A stretch of DNA of 64,000 nucleotides from Candidatus Magasanikbacteria bacterium CG11_big_fil_rev_8_21_14_0_20_39_34 (GCA_002787355.1 PCWN01000007.1:184996-248995), one strand, 5' to 3'. Positions 28,201-38,386 are shown, counted from the stretch's first letter. Notes: generated by a model from the letters alone, not told the origin. Numbers and translations are program-made.

Positions 28201-28656
28201 ATGCATAAGCGCATAATACATTTCTTTTGGTCCAATAGGCTGCAATTTGTACGGTACTTTTTTGTTGGTGTTTCAGGAGCCGTTATAGATATTGGGACTC
28301 TGATCCTATTTAAGGACCAATTTGGTTGGAATCCTACACTTTCTGTTGTACTCAACCAGCTTCTTATCATTGCCTATAACTTTAACCTGAATAAGTATTG
28401 GTCATTTAAAAATAGGGAACTCCCGCACAAGCAGTTTGTCCGATATATGATACTTGTGGGGGGAAATTACCTTCTTGCCATTACTATTATGTATTTTTTT
28501 AATGAAATTCTTGGTTTTGATGCTGTTTTTGTACGTATTTTTTCTATTGGACTCTCCGTTGCTTGGAACTTCCCCCTCTTTCGGAAATGGGTATATAAGG
28601 AGAGACATGTGTATAACTCCATTGACCCCAAAGAAGGAATAGGGTACAATGAATAA
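28201..28656 (+). CDS. GtrA-family membrane protein.
   Basis: 'VRYFFVGVSGAVIDIGTLILF' and a 4-TM pattern typical of GtrA. Confidence 0.7.
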   Translation: MHKRIIHFFWSNRLQFVRYFFVGVSGAVIDIGTLILFKDQFGWNPTLSVVLNQLLIIAYNFNLNKYWSFKNRELPHKQFVRYMILVGGNYLLAITIMYFFNEILGFDAVFVRIFSIGLSVAWNFPLFRKWVYKERHVYNSIDPKEGIGYNE

Positions 28657-28710
28657 AAATATAGCTAATTTTAGACCTATTTTATTCAAAAAAAAATCAA
28701 AATGAGGTTC

Positions 28711-28739
28711 TTGACATACAAGAATAAGTTTTGTATAAT
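28711..28739 (+). promoter_or_regulatory. Consensus sigma-70 promoter for the infA-rpmJ-rpsM-rpsK-rpsD-rpoA-rplQ operon.
   Basis: TTGACA, exactly 17 nt, then TATAAT, about 20 nt upstream of the infA ATG. Confidence 0.7.
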
Positions 28740-28757
28740 ATCCGCGGATCAAAAAAC

Positions 28758-28973
28758 ATGCCAAAAAATGAAGCTATAGAAGTTCGAGGAACAATCCAGG
28801 AACTTCTACCAGGAACAAAATTCAGAATTCAACTTGAAAATGGCCTTGAAATAATAGGACATTTATCAGGAAAGATGCGAATGCACAGTATACGATTGAG
28901 TGTTGGCGATGAGGTGAAGGTTGAACTTTCGCCATATGATCTTACAAAAGGACGAATAACCTATCGTTTCTAA
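28758..28973 (+). CDS. infA: Translation initiation factor IF-1.
   Basis: S1-like OB fold '[20 protein letters not shown]....[16 protein letters not shown]'. Confidence 0.9.
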   Translation: MPKNEAIEVRGTIQELLPGTKFRIQLENGLEIIGHLSGKMRMHSIRLSVGDEVKVELSPYDLTKGRITYRF

Positions 28974-29070
28974 AATCAACATTATATATCAGCCAGTGCG
29001 GTGGAGCTATTCCCAAGTAGGAAAAGCTAAGATATCGCGGCAGTGGTTGATATTTTTTATTTTATAAAAT

Positions 29071-29211
29071 ATGAAAGTTCAGGCGTCTGTAAAAACCCGG
29101 TGTAAAAAATGTAAAGTAGTACGTCGTCAGGGTGTGCTGTATGTTATTTGTGAGAACCCAAGACACAAACAAAGACAGGGTAATAAACAAAGAAAAAAAG
29201 CAATAGCTTAA
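29071..29211 (+). CDS. rpmJ: 50S ribosomal protein L36 with a short C-terminal extension.
   Basis: Manual translation gives [46 protein letters not shown]. This matches L36 (CxxC...C...H zinc ribbon). It is below the ORF-track size cutoff. Confidence 0.8.
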   Translation: MKVQASVKTRCKKCKVVRRQGVLYVICENPRHKQRQGNKQRKKAIA

Positions 29212-29223
29212 CAAAAGTATACT

Positions 29224-29610
29224 ATGAGAGTATCAGGAATTACAATTCCAAAGCAAAAGCAAGTGCATATCGCGCTTACCTATGTTTATGGTATTGGACC
29301 AACTAGTGCAAAGAAAATACTTGCTCAAGCAAAAGTAGCAGAAGATATTCGTGTAAAAGATCTGACTCAGGAGCAAGAGGATGCAATCCGAAGTATCGTT
29401 GAAAAAGATTACACCACAGAAGGAAATCTTCGACGAGAAGTGACTGCAAATATTAAGCGTCTTAAGGATATTAAATCTCACCGTGGTACACGACATATCA
29501 AGAGACTTCCGGTAAGAGGACAAAGAACAAAGACCAACTCACGTACCGTTCGTGGAAACAAACGAAACATGGCAGTAAGTGGGAAAAAACCTGCAGCGCA
29601 GAAAACTTAA
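29224..29610 (+). CDS. rpsM: 30S ribosomal protein S13.
   Basis: '[25 protein letters not shown]...'. Confidence 0.95.
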   Translation: MRVSGITIPKQKQVHIALTYVYGIGPTSAKKILAQAKVAEDIRVKDLTQEQEDAIRSIVEKDYTTEGNLRREVTANIKRLKDIKSHRGTRHIKRLPVRGQRTKTNSRTVRGNKRNMAVSGKKPAAQKT

Positions 29611-29637
29611 AACTCCGATATAAGGTGAATTTTCACT

Positions 29638-30030
29638 ATGGCAAAAGCAATAAAAAAGACAAAAAAGAAAAAAGTAATCCAGGCGGTTTCCCATGGTCAT
29701 GCTTATATTCAAGCCACTTTCAATAATACTATTGTAAGTGTTACAGACCAACAGGGGAATGTTCTTGGTTGGGCAAGTGCTGGTATGGTAGGTTTTAAGG
29801 GGCCAAAGAAGGCTACTCCATATGCTGCACAGCTTATTGTAAAGAAAGTACTTGATAATATTAAGCAGTACGGTCTCAAAGATGTAAACATTTTTGTAAA
29901 AGGAATTGGTGGTGGACGAGAAGGAGCAATCCGAGCTTTCAATGGAAATGGACTGAATGTTCTTTCTATTAAGGATGTAACTCCAATCCCACATAATGGA
30001 TGCCGTCCTTCAAAGAGAAGACGTTGCTAA
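29638..30030 (+). CDS. rpsK: 30S ribosomal protein S11.
   Basis: '[37 protein letters not shown]'. Confidence 0.95.
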   Translation: MAKAIKKTKKKKVIQAVSHGHAYIQATFNNTIVSVTDQQGNVLGWASAGMVGFKGPKKATPYAAQLIVKKVLDNIKQYGLKDVNIFVKGIGGGREGAIRAFNGNGLNVLSIKDVTPIPHNGCRPSKRRRC

Positions 30031-30059
30031 GGTTCTGCTGTAATTAATATTAAATTTCT

Positions 30060-30683
30060 ATGGGAAGATATATTGGTCCAAAAAATAAAATTGCTCGTAA
30101 GTTTGGAGTAAATCTTGGACTCAAAACAAATGCAAGCAAAGTAGCACGAAGGCTTAATCAGACTCCGGGTGTTCAGGGTGTAAACAAAAAAAGAAAGTCA
30201 CTTTCTAGTTTCGGTAAGCAGCTCTTGGAAAAACAAAAAGCAAAGTTTCTTTATGGTTTGCGTGAGCAACAATTTCGCAAATATGTAACTGAAGCGAATC
30301 GTTTGACAGGAGATTCAGGACAAAACCTTTTGGTATTGTTGGAAAGACGCCTAGATAACGTAATTTACCGTCTTGGACTAGGAAATACACGTGCTCAGGC
30401 AAGACAAATGGTATCTCATGGAATGTTTACCGTTAATGGTAAAAAAATGAACATTCCTTCATATCTTGTAAAAGTGGGTGACGTGATTGAGGTTAAGGCA
30501 AATAAGAAAAAAGCAAAATTATTTGAAAATATTGAAGAGCGCATTGCAGGAGTAGAAGCGCCATCATGGTTGACATTGGACGTGAAAAAACTTGAGGGTA
30601 AAGTAGTAAGTTTCCCTCTTGAGGATGATCTGGAAAAAGTATTCAGTGTACAGTTTATTATTGAATACTATTCAACACGTTAA
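30060..30683 (+). CDS. rpsD: 30S ribosomal protein S4.
   Basis: 'GRYIGPKNKIARKFG' and an S4 domain. Confidence 0.95.
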   Translation: MGRYIGPKNKIARKFGVNLGLKTNASKVARRLNQTPGVQGVNKKRKSLSSFGKQLLEKQKAKFLYGLREQQFRKYVTEANRLTGDSGQNLLVLLERRLDNVIYRLGLGNTRAQARQMVSHGMFTVNGKKMNIPSYLVKVGDVIEVKANKKKAKLFENIEERIAGVEAPSWLTLDVKKLEGKVVSFPLEDDLEKVFSVQFIIEYYSTR

Positions 30684-30721
30684 TTAAATTTTTCAATCCC
30701 CCTTACTTTTTTCATATTTCT

Positions 30722-31417
30722 ATGGAAAACATTTTTCAAACTGTATCAGTGGATTACATTGATACAGACAAAAAAAACGTCGGTCAAGTGGTAATAAGCC
30801 CTTGTAATAAAGGTTTTGGTACCACTGTCGGAAATGCACTAAGACGTGTGCTTCTTTCTTCTCTGCCCGGAGCAGCTATTGAGTCTGTGAAGATAGAGGG
30901 AGTACAGCACGAGTTTTCCGCTATTGAGGGTGTAAAGGAAGATATGATTCAGGTTATTTTGAACCTGAAGCAAATTGCGCTCAAGTCTCACTCTGAAGAG
31001 AAGGTTACTTTAACCCTTACAAAAAAAGGGAAAGGACCCGTAACCGTAGGAGATTTTGACAAAAATTCAGATATCGAAATTATCGACGAAGATTTCGTTA
31101 TTGCCAATGTTACCGACGACAATAAAAAGTTTGTGATGGAGGTAACTATTGGAACTGGACACGGATATGTTCCTGTTTCTGAGAAAGATACTCAGAATCT
31201 GGATCTTGGAAATATTGCAATTGATTCCATTTATACACCAATACGAGACGTTGGCTACAAAGTAGAAATGACTCGTGTAGGTGATGTAACTGACTTTGAG
31301 AAACTTACGATTACCGTAGAGACCAATGGTACGATTTCACCAAAGGACGCTATTACGGAATCTTCAAAGATTCTTATGGATCATTTTAGTTGGATAATTG
31401 ATGCAGCAAAGGCTTAA
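30722..31417 (+). CDS. rpoA: DNA-directed RNA polymerase alpha subunit, N-terminal (dimerisation/assembly) domain only.
   Basis: 'GFGTTVGNALRRVLLSSLPGAAI' is the alpha-NTD signature. The ORF is 231 aa and rplQ starts 11 nt later, so no alpha-CTD is encoded. Confidence 0.9.
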   Translation: MENIFQTVSVDYIDTDKKNVGQVVISPCNKGFGTTVGNALRRVLLSSLPGAAIESVKIEGVQHEFSAIEGVKEDMIQVILNLKQIALKSHSEEKVTLTLTKKGKGPVTVGDFDKNSDIEIIDEDFVIANVTDDNKKFVMEVTIGTGHGYVPVSEKDTQNLDLGNIAIDSIYTPIRDVGYKVEMTRVGDVTDFEKLTITVETNGTISPKDAITESSKILMDHFSWIIDAAKA

Positions 31418-31428
31418 TAGTTAAGTAT

Positions 31429-31782
31429 ATGAGACACAATAATAAAAAAGTAACATTGGGACGTGTAAAAGCACAGCGAGAAGCTCTTATGAGAAATCTT
31501 GCTGAGAGTTTGGTTTTGCATGGTGCCATTACAACAACGGTAGCAAAAGCAAAGGCTTTGCGAAGTGTTGTAGAACCATTGGTAACAAAAGCAAAGAAAG
31601 GGACTGTTCCAGATAGAAGAAACATCATGAAGGTTCTCTATACACAACAGGCTGTAAATAAGCTTATTCATGATATTGCACCTAAATTTTCAGATCGACT
31701 TGGTGGATATACACGAATTACGAAGCTTGGTGCAAGAAAAAATGATGGAGCCCCAATTGCTAAAATTGAATTTGTAGACTAA
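31429..31782 (+). CDS. rplQ: 50S ribosomal protein L17.
   Basis: 'MRHNNKKVTLGRVKAQREALMRNLA'. Confidence 0.95.
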   Translation: MRHNNKKVTLGRVKAQREALMRNLAESLVLHGAITTTVAKAKALRSVVEPLVTKAKKGTVPDRRNIMKVLYTQQAVNKLIHDIAPKFSDRLGGYTRITKLGARKNDGAPIAKIEFVD

Positions 31783-31783
31783 T

Positions 31784-32137
31784 ATGACCAACAGAACAAA
31801 GCATACAATAGATGCAACAGATCAAGCGGTAGGACGTGTCGCAACACAAGCAGCAGTTCTTCTTCGTGGAAAAAATAAGGCAACCTTTGTTCCTTATCTT
31901 GACGAAGGGGATACTGTGGAGATTGTGAACGCTTCAAAAGTGAAGTTTACTGGAAACAAGTTAGTTCAAAAAGATTATTTTCACCATACTCAACATCCAG
32001 GTGGTTTGAAGCAAATTTCAATGAAAAAGGTTTTTGAAAAAGATCCTGCGGAAGTAATGAAAAAGGCTGTGATGGGAATGCTTCCAAAAAATAAATTAAG
32101 AAGCCACATGATGAAACGTCTTATCGTTAAGGCATAG
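31784..32137 (+). CDS. rplM: 50S ribosomal protein L13.
   Basis: Conserved L13 core and position upstream of rpsI. Confidence 0.9.
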   Translation: MTNRTKHTIDATDQAVGRVATQAAVLLRGKNKATFVPYLDEGDTVEIVNASKVKFTGNKLVQKDYFHHTQHPGGLKQISMKKVFEKDPAEVMKKAVMGMLPKNKLRSHMMKRLIVKA

Positions 32138-32149
32138 TTATTATAAATA

Positions 32150-32563
32150 TTGTTTATGTCAGTTGATACCACTGTACAATCAAAGGAACGAGCTGTAGGC
32201 CGACGAAAGACAGCAGCAGCACGTGTTCAAGTTCTTAAGGGAAAAGGTTCCATTGTAATCAATGGAAAAGAATTAAAGGCCTATTTTCCACATGTTTTGT
32301 TGCAACAAACAGTTCTTGCCCCATTGGCACTTACAGGAAGAGAGGCTACTTTGGATATTTCCGTTAAGGTTGCCGGTGGTGGAAAGGCAGGACAGGCCGA
32401 GGCCATTCGACATGGAATTGCCCGTGCACTTATTCAGTGGGATGAGGCTTTAAAACCAGTTTTGAAAGCAGAAGGATACTTAACTCGTGATCCAAGAGCA
32501 AAAGAAAGAAAGAAATTTGGAAGACGTCGTGCTCGTCGTGGTCATCAATGGAGAAAACGTTAA
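32150..32563 (+). CDS. rpsI: 30S ribosomal protein S9.
   Basis: 'GRRKTAAARV' and C-terminal 'RRRARRGHQWRKR'. Confidence 0.95.
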   Translation: MFMSVDTTVQSKERAVGRRKTAAARVQVLKGKGSIVINGKELKAYFPHVLLQQTVLAPLALTGREATLDISVKVAGGGKAGQAEAIRHGIARALIQWDEALKPVLKAEGYLTRDPRAKERKKFGRRRARRGHQWRKR

Positions 32564-32579
32564 TTATTGTATTCCTTTT

Positions 32580-32611
32580 ACAGCGCCAAACCTTGGGCGC
32601 TGTTTTTTTTG
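32580..32611 (+). terminator. Strong intrinsic terminator after rpsI.
   Basis: ACAGCGCC-aaaccttg-GGCGCTGT followed by T8. Confidence 0.8.
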
Positions 32612-32654
32612 TTTTTATTCAAGTTTTAAGGTAAAATAGAAGGGAAAGTATTGT

Positions 32655-34079
32655 ATGTCTATTGCAAAAAATACAACTTTTATGACTCTGGCGTCCATCA
32701 TGCAAAAGGTGGTTGCTTTTGTGTACTTTACAATCATTGCCCGTCACATTGGTGCAGAGGAAACAGGAAAGTATTTTTTTGCTCTTTCCTTTACCACAGT
32801 TTTTGTCATTTTTATCGATCTTGGTTTTACCAATGTACTTATTCGTGAGGTCTCTCGGGTGAAAGAAAAAATTCAAGAATATTTTTCAACTGTGCTTGCT
32901 TTTAAAATGATCCTAGGGATACTTATATATGGGATATGTGTAAGCTTTATATATTTCCTAGGATATGAAACAGACGTAGCACATCTTGTCTACCTTTCTG
33001 CGGTCACCATGTTGTTTGATACGTTACATCTTACCGTTTATGGAACCATGCGTTCACTGGGAAACCTTAAATATGAGGCAATTGGAATTGTGGGAAGTCA
33101 AACACTTACCCTCATACTTGGTACAACATTTTTGCTTTTGCATTTTTCTCTTATTTGGCTGATTGCTGCATTCACTATACCAAGCTTCTGTAATCTTCTC
33201 TATGCAAGCTTTATTTTGTATAAAAAATTTCATATTACTTTTCGGCCTCAATTTTCAAAAAAAACCTTCATGTATTTGGGAAAAATTGCCATTCCATTTG
33301 CTCTATCGGCTGTTTTTGCACGGCTTTACTCTTACATGGATACGCTTCTTTTAAAAGAATTTGCTGGAAATACTGCTGTGGGTTGGTATAGTATCCCATA
33401 TAAAATTACCTTTGCATTTCAGTTTATTCCACTTGCTCTTTTGGCAGCAATGTATCCCAAGTTCAGTGAATATTTTATTCATGATAGAAAAAAATTAGTT
33501 TCTGTCTTTGAGCAGAGTATTAAGTATCTTTTAATTGTGGCTTTCCCTATTGCCATTGGAATTGCCATACTGGCGCAAGACATTATCCTCACTGTCTATA
33601 CAAAAGAATATATGCCGTCTATTTTGCCACTGCGTATACTTATTATAAGCCTTGTTTTTTCATACCTAAGTTTTCCTTTAAGTTCATTTTTAAATGCATG
33701 TAACCGTCAGGTAACTCAAACTTGGATCATTGGTTCTGTAACACTTATAAATATTCTTCTCAATCTCTTCTTTATCCCAAAGTTTGGCGCCACGGGAGCA
33801 GCTCTTGCGGCTTTTACAGGAAATTTTTTATTGGCTTTTCTTGGGTTTTTGTTTGTTCCACAAATTATTACACTTTCAAAAAATTTTTTATTTTTAAATA
33901 TCTCAAAAATATTTTTTTCAGCTGCTGTTATGGGAGGGGTGGTGTGGTTGGCCAATCAGTATGTCCACTTTCTTCTCGCAATTGTTGTAGGAGTAGTTGT
34001 CTATCCACTTTGTTTGCTTGCTACAAATACCGTAAACAAATCACAGATTAAAAATTTAATATTGCTTATCCGGAGTTAA
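32655..34079 (+). CDS. Wzx-type polysaccharide/oligosaccharide flippase (MOP superfamily).
   Basis: 474 aa with about 12-14 TM segments. The N-terminal 'LASIMQKVVAFVYFTIIARHIG' pattern is typical of Wzx/polysaccharide biosynthesis proteins. Confidence 0.75.
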   Translation: MSIAKNTTFMTLASIMQKVVAFVYFTIIARHIGAEETGKYFFALSFTTVFVIFIDLGFTNVLIREVSRVKEKIQEYFSTVLAFKMILGILIYGICVSFIYFLGYETDVAHLVYLSAVTMLFDTLHLTVYGTMRSLGNLKYEAIGIVGSQTLTLILGTTFLLLHFSLIWLIAAFTIPSFCNLLYASFILYKKFHITFRPQFSKKTFMYLGKIAIPFALSAVFARLYSYMDTLLLKEFAGNTAVGWYSIPYKITFAFQFIPLALLAAMYPKFSEYFIHDRKKLVSVFEQSIKYLLIVAFPIAIGIAILAQDIILTVYTKEYMPSILPLRILIISLVFSYLSFPLSSFLNACNRQVTQTWIIGSVTLINILLNLFFIPKFGATGAALAAFTGNFLLAFLGFLFVPQIITLSKNFLFLNISKIFFSAAVMGGVVWLANQYVHFLLAIVVGVVVYPLCLLATNTVNKSQIKNLILLIRS

Positions 34080-34115
34080 AATGATAAAATTTGTGACAAA
34101 CAATACTACCTTATT

Positions 34116-35255
34116 ATGAAAAATACACTCATTATTTCACTTGACTTTCCACCAACTATTGGAGGAATTGCATCTTACGTAGAACAAATTGCTGGGGAAT
34201 TTCCTCCAGAAAATTTTGTTATTCTTGCTCCCAAAACAAAAAATGCTTCCTATGACGACAAATTTTCCTTTACTGTAGAGCGTTTCAACCTTTTTTTCCC
34301 AAAGTTTCTTGCGCCACGTTGGTTACGCCTTTATTTTATTATAAAAAAACTTGTAAAGAAGTATGGGATTGAGATAATACATCTTCATCATGCTGCTCCA
34401 GTTGCTCTTGCTGCAAAAAGGATAAAGAAAAAATTAGGCGTGCCATATATGATTTTTTCTCATGGAACCGATATTGCAGCCGCTTCGAAAGGAAAATGGG
34501 GGAGGGCTTCGCTTATTGATGCCTGTATCCAAGCAGAGCAAGTTATTACAAACAGTAACTCTTTGGATAGACGTCTTGTAGCACAGTTTCAAACGCTTGA
34601 AAATAGGACAACTGTTTTATATCCATGTCCAGACAAGTCATTTTTAACCCCTCCTGAACAAGAAAAGGTAGACAAACTCAAAAGCCAGCTTGCTCTTGAA
34701 GGCAAGCGGGTAATTTTATCAATTGCACGTTTGGAGCATGGGAAAGGGTTTACTAACCTTACACGACACCTACCAGCTATTTTGGAGGAGGTTCCGAATT
34801 TAGTATGGATTATTGTAGGAGAAGGATCTCAAAAACAGAATCTATTAAAGATGGTCCAAAAATATTCTTTACAAAATATTGTACGTTTTATTGGACATGT
34901 TCCTCATGATGAAATAAAAACATATTACTATCTTTCAGATGTATTTATTCTCCTGACACACCCATATCAGGGAATGGAAGAGGGACTTGGGTTAGTGTTT
35001 TTAGAGGCTTCCGCAACCGGTATTCCTATGATTGCAGGAATGAGTGGTGGAGTTGAGGAGGCTGTGATTCATGAAAAGACTGGTTTAGTAGTGGATACTT
35101 ATAATGAAACTCAAGTAAAAGAGGCAATTGCACGTCTTCTAAAAGATGAGAAGTATGCCTCAGCTCTCGGGAAAGCCGCACAACAACGAATAATAAAAGA
35201 CTTTTCGTGGGAGAAACAACTTGAAAAACTTCGTCCATGGATGTTTGAAGAATAA
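34116..35255 (+). CDS. GT4-family glycosyltransferase.
   Basis: C-terminal 'EGLGLVFLEASATGIPMIAG..GG..E.V.HEKTG' is the EX7E GT4 motif. Confidence 0.85.
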   Translation: MKNTLIISLDFPPTIGGIASYVEQIAGEFPPENFVILAPKTKNASYDDKFSFTVERFNLFFPKFLAPRWLRLYFIIKKLVKKYGIEIIHLHHAAPVALAAKRIKKKLGVPYMIFSHGTDIAAASKGKWGRASLIDACIQAEQVITNSNSLDRRLVAQFQTLENRTTVLYPCPDKSFLTPPEQEKVDKLKSQLALEGKRVILSIARLEHGKGFTNLTRHLPAILEEVPNLVWIIVGEGSQKQNLLKMVQKYSLQNIVRFIGHVPHDEIKTYYYLSDVFILLTHPYQGMEEGLGLVFLEASATGIPMIAGMSGGVEEAVIHEKTGLVVDTYNETQVKEAIARLLKDEKYASALGKAAQQRIIKDFSWEKQLEKLRPWMFEE

Positions 35256-35265
35256 AATATACTGT

Positions 35266-36021
35266 ATGGTACAGAAGGAAAACCTTATTTCAGTGATTAT
35301 CCCAGTTTATAACCGTTTTGAGGAGCTTCTGCTGGCCTTGCAGTCCTTGAGTCAGCAAACGTATAGGCATTTTGAGATTATACTGGTAGATGATGGTTCA
35401 CAAGGAGAAATTCAGGAAGTTATTGATAAGGCCCACGGTTGGGGCATTTCTTGTGATCCGCAAGGAAATAGTATTTTACTAAAACTTATAAAGCAAAAAA
35501 ATCAAGGAGCCGCTATTGCGCGTAATGTGGGTTTTCAGGCATCACAGGGAAGTTATGTTATTTTTTGGGATGCAGATATTCTTGGTGGAGCAAATATGCT
35601 TGAAGAAATGAGTAATGTCTTAGATAGTCGTCAAGAGATAGATTTTGTATACAGTAATTTTTATTTTGGAAAAAAAAGAATGCCCGCAAGGGAATTTGAT
35701 GGGCACGCACTAATGAAAGGAAACTATATTGCCATTGCCACACTTTTGAGAAGGGAAATTTTTGTTGGATTTGATGAATCTCTTAGCCGGTTTCAGGATT
35801 GGGATCTTTGGCTTACTCTTTATGAAAATGGAAAAAAGGGTACTTGGATTAATAAGTACCTCTATCGTGCAATGGTAAGTACAAATGGAATAAGTAGTTG
35901 GCTTCCTCGTTTTGCATATTATTATCCTTTTTGTTTGCTTCCTGGAATACATAAAAAGGTTCGAGAATACAAGCTTCAAAAAGAAAAAATTATAAAAAAA
36001 CACCGTCTCTCAAAAAGTTAA
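35266..36021 (+). CDS. GT2-family glycosyltransferase.
   Basis: 'VIIPVYN...LVDDGS' and 'DAD' motifs (GT-A fold). Confidence 0.8.
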   Translation: MVQKENLISVIIPVYNRFEELLLALQSLSQQTYRHFEIILVDDGSQGEIQEVIDKAHGWGISCDPQGNSILLKLIKQKNQGAAIARNVGFQASQGSYVIFWDADILGGANMLEEMSNVLDSRQEIDFVYSNFYFGKKRMPAREFDGHALMKGNYIAIATLLRREIFVGFDESLSRFQDWDLWLTLYENGKKGTWINKYLYRAMVSTNGISSWLPRFAYYYPFCLLPGIHKKVREYKLQKEKIIKKHRLSKS

Positions 36022-36713
36022 AAAATTTCAAAGAGTATTGATTTTGAATCTACACCGTTTTCTATGAGTGTAGAACGGACATCTTTGACCATATGTGGGT
36101 TTCCACAGATGTAGTAGGAATGATCTACAAGATCATGGAGAAGATGTTCGGTTACTCGTCCTCGAAGACCAGACCACTCTGTTTCTGGCTGAGAAAGTGC
36201 AATGTTGTACCTAAAGTTTGGAAAAGTGTCTTGAAGTTTTTTGAGTCTTTCTTGAAAAAAAATATCATTTTCATTACGAACTCCAAAAAGAAGTTCGATT
36301 TTTTTTGTATTTCTCTTATGCTCCAACTGGTCGCGTATCATACCCAAAATTGGGGCAAGGCCTGCACCAGTTGCAATGTAGAATTGATTTTGGTCATCTT
36401 TGGGTGTAAATCTTCCGCGTGGCTGTGAGATTTGAATACTATCGCCTATATCAAGAGTGGGGAGATAGAGGGATGCCGGGCCATTGAGTTCCTTGGGAAG
36501 GATTTTTATACAAAATTCAAGGTCAGGATCCTTTGGGGCAGAGGCTAAGGAATAGGAACGTTTTACCTGTGTATCATCTTTTGGGATAAAAAATTGGACA
36601 AATTGTCCTGCAAGGTAGGAGAATGCCTCTGGTTTTTCAAGATGCAGCTCCATAATATTGTGGTTGAGCATCTTTATTTCTCTAATTTTAGGTAAAAATG
36701 TTGTTTGTTCCAT
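36018..36713 (-). CDS. FAD/NAD(P)-binding ferredoxin-NADP+ reductase-like oxidoreductase (FNR/PDR family).
   Basis: 'RSYSLAS' (RxYS FAD motif), 'ATGAGLAPILGM' (NAD(P)-binding GxG) and C-terminal 'YICGNPHMV'. Confidence 0.75.
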   Translation of the reverse strand: MEQTTFLPKIREIKMLNHNIMELHLEKPEAFSYLAGQFVQFFIPKDDTQVKRSYSLASAPKDPDLEFCIKILPKELNGPASLYLPTLDIGDSIQISQPRGRFTPKDDQNQFYIATGAGLAPILGMIRDQLEHKRNTKKIELLFGVRNENDIFFQERLKKLQDTFPNFRYNIALSQPETEWSGLRGRVTEHLLHDLVDHSYYICGNPHMVKDVRSTLIENGVDSKSILFEIF

Positions 36714-36715
36714 AC

Positions 36716-36760
36716 TTGACCAAAAGGAAATTTTCTGATATCATACCAAAAAAGTATGAT
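36716..36760 (+). promoter_or_regulatory. Promoter (TTGACC, 17 nt, TATCAT) with an overlapping 7-bp inverted repeat ATCATAC-N7-GTATGAT, a candidate Rrf2 operator.
   Basis: Read directly from the sequence. The inverted repeat overlaps the -10 and lies upstream of the Rrf2 gene, which is transcribed divergently from the FNR-like gene. Confidence 0.45.
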
Positions 36761-36780
36761 TTAATCAATATATTTTCAGA

Positions 36781-37191
36781 ATGATTAAATTTTCAAAAGA
36801 AACCGACTATGCGCTTCAGCTTCTTGAACAACTTTCCAAAAGCGAAAGTGTTTTAAGTTTGGCTGAATTCTCAGCAAACAGTAACATATCTTTGCCAATT
36901 TTGCAAAAGATAGCGCGAAGTTTAAAAAAGGATAGGCTTATTGTAGCTCATCGTGGAAAGAATGGGGGATATACCATTGCACGCCCAATAGAAAAGATTT
37001 CCCTCAAAGATGTAGTTTCTGCAATGCAGATGGAATATGGGGTAACTGAATGTACCAAGAAAGTTCATGGTTGTAAGCTTGAATCTCAATGTAATGCAAA
37101 AAGAGGTTTTGAACTTCTACATAGTCAGGTCAATGCAATTATGGAGTCTACGACACTTGATATATTTTTTCATACAGAACAACATGTATAA
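36781..37191 (+). CDS. Rrf2-family (IscR-like) transcriptional regulator.
   Basis: N-terminal wHTH 'ETDYALQLLEQL'. It has three Cys ('CTKKVHGCKLESQC') consistent with an Fe-S sensing IscR type. Confidence 0.8.
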   Translation: MIKFSKETDYALQLLEQLSKSESVLSLAEFSANSNISLPILQKIARSLKKDRLIVAHRGKNGGYTIARPIEKISLKDVVSAMQMEYGVTECTKKVHGCKLESQCNAKRGFELLHSQVNAIMESTTLDIFFHTEQHV

Positions 37192-38386
37192 ACAAAACAA
37201 AAAAATATATTTGGATAATGCTGCAGCTACATCAATGGATCTGGCTGTTTTTAGGAGTATTAAAAAAATTGAAAAAAAATATTATGCAAATCCATCAGCT
37301 CTTTATGCAAGTGCAATGGAAGCAAAAAAATATTTAGAGGAATCTCGTGCACAGATCGCAAAAATTTTAGCTGCACAGCCAGACACTATTATTTTTACCA
37401 ATGGTGGAACGCAGAGTTGCAACCTGGCCATACAGGGTTTATTTTCTCACAATAGCTCAAATAAATCCCAAGGACATATCATTACTACAAAAATTGAACA
37501 TCACGCAGTTCTTTTACCAATACAAGAGTTAGAGAGGCAGGGATATGAAGTTACCTATTTGTCTGTTGATGAAAATGGAATAATAGACATAAATGAGCTA
37601 AAAAAATCATTTCAGGAGAATACGGTTTTGGTTTCTATAATGTATGCCAATAATGAAGTTGGAAGTATCCAACCAATACCTGAAATTGGTCGTGAAATAC
37701 TGAAATGGAGAAAAAGAAATGGAACGTCTTTTCCATATTTTCATAGCGATGCATGTCAGGCAGCAGGTGAGCAAGATATTCGTGTTGAGCACTTACATGT
37801 AGATCTTTTGACATTAAATGCAAGCAAAATCCATGGACCAAAGAGTGTGGGGGTTTTGTATAAAAGGCGCAATGTTCCTCTTGAACCAATTGTTTTTGGT
37901 GGGGGGCAAGAATTTGGATTGAATCCTGGGACAGAAGATATAGGCAAAGCTTATGGGATGGCCCTTGCACTTTCTATCGCACAGAATGAAAAAGTAAAAA
38001 ATTCAAAGCATGAGCGTAACCTTTGTGAAAAACTTTACTCTGAGCTTAAAAAAGATTTGGACGGGATTATTCTCAATGGTCCAGCTATCAATTCAGAACA
38101 AAGACTTTCCAATAATCTCAGTATTCAATTTCCTGGGATTGATGCAGAAGTGATGGCCCTTTATCTTTCTGAAAAAGGAGTAGAAGTTGGGCTTGGTTCT
38201 GCATGTACTACAGATTCTGATGAGGTTTCCCATGTTTTGAGTGCCCTTGGTTTGTGTGAGAAAGCAGCAAAAAGTACACTTCGTTTTACACTTTCAAAAT
38301 ATACTACTGAATCAGATATCAAAAAAGCAAAAAAATATATAACCGAGACGTATAAAAAATTGCGTCAGAATACGTATGAGCAATAA
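37184..38386 (+). CDS. Cysteine desulfurase, IscS/NifS-like (class V aminotransferase).
   Basis: 'IYLDNAATS', the PLP-lysine region 'LTLNASKIHGPKSVG' and the C-terminal Cys loop 'GSACTT'. Confidence 0.85.
   Translation: MYKQNKKIYLDNAAATSMDLAVFRSIKKIEKKYYANPSALYASAMEAKKYLEESRAQIAKILAAQPDTIIFTNGGTQSCNLAIQGLFSHNSSNKSQGHIITTKIEHHAVLLPIQELERQGYEVTYLSVDENGIIDINELKKSFQENTVLVSIMYANNEVGSIQPIPEIGREILKWRKRNGTSFPYFHSDACQAAGEQDIRVEHLHVDLLTLNASKIHGPKSVGVLYKRRNVPLEPIVFGGGQEFGLNPGTEDIGKAYGMALALSIAQNEKVKNSKHERNLCEKLYSELKKDLDGIILNGPAINSEQRLSNNLSIQFPGIDAEVMALYLSEKGVEVGLGSACTTDSDEVSHVLSALGLCEKAAKSTLRFTLSKYTTESDIKKAKKYITETYKKLRQNTYEQ

Noticed and set aside
28974-29070. GC-containing 97-nt spacer between infA and rpmJ, as a possible tRNA or riboswitch.
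   Set aside because: It has only a weak imperfect hairpin (GCTATTCC-caagta-GGAAAAGC) and no tRNA hallmarks. It is probably just the intercistronic region carrying the L36 translation signals.
35710-36003. 97-aa minus-strand ORF.
   Set aside because: It lies antisense within the GT2 glycosyltransferase gene and has AT-rich low-complexity translation. It is a shadow ORF.
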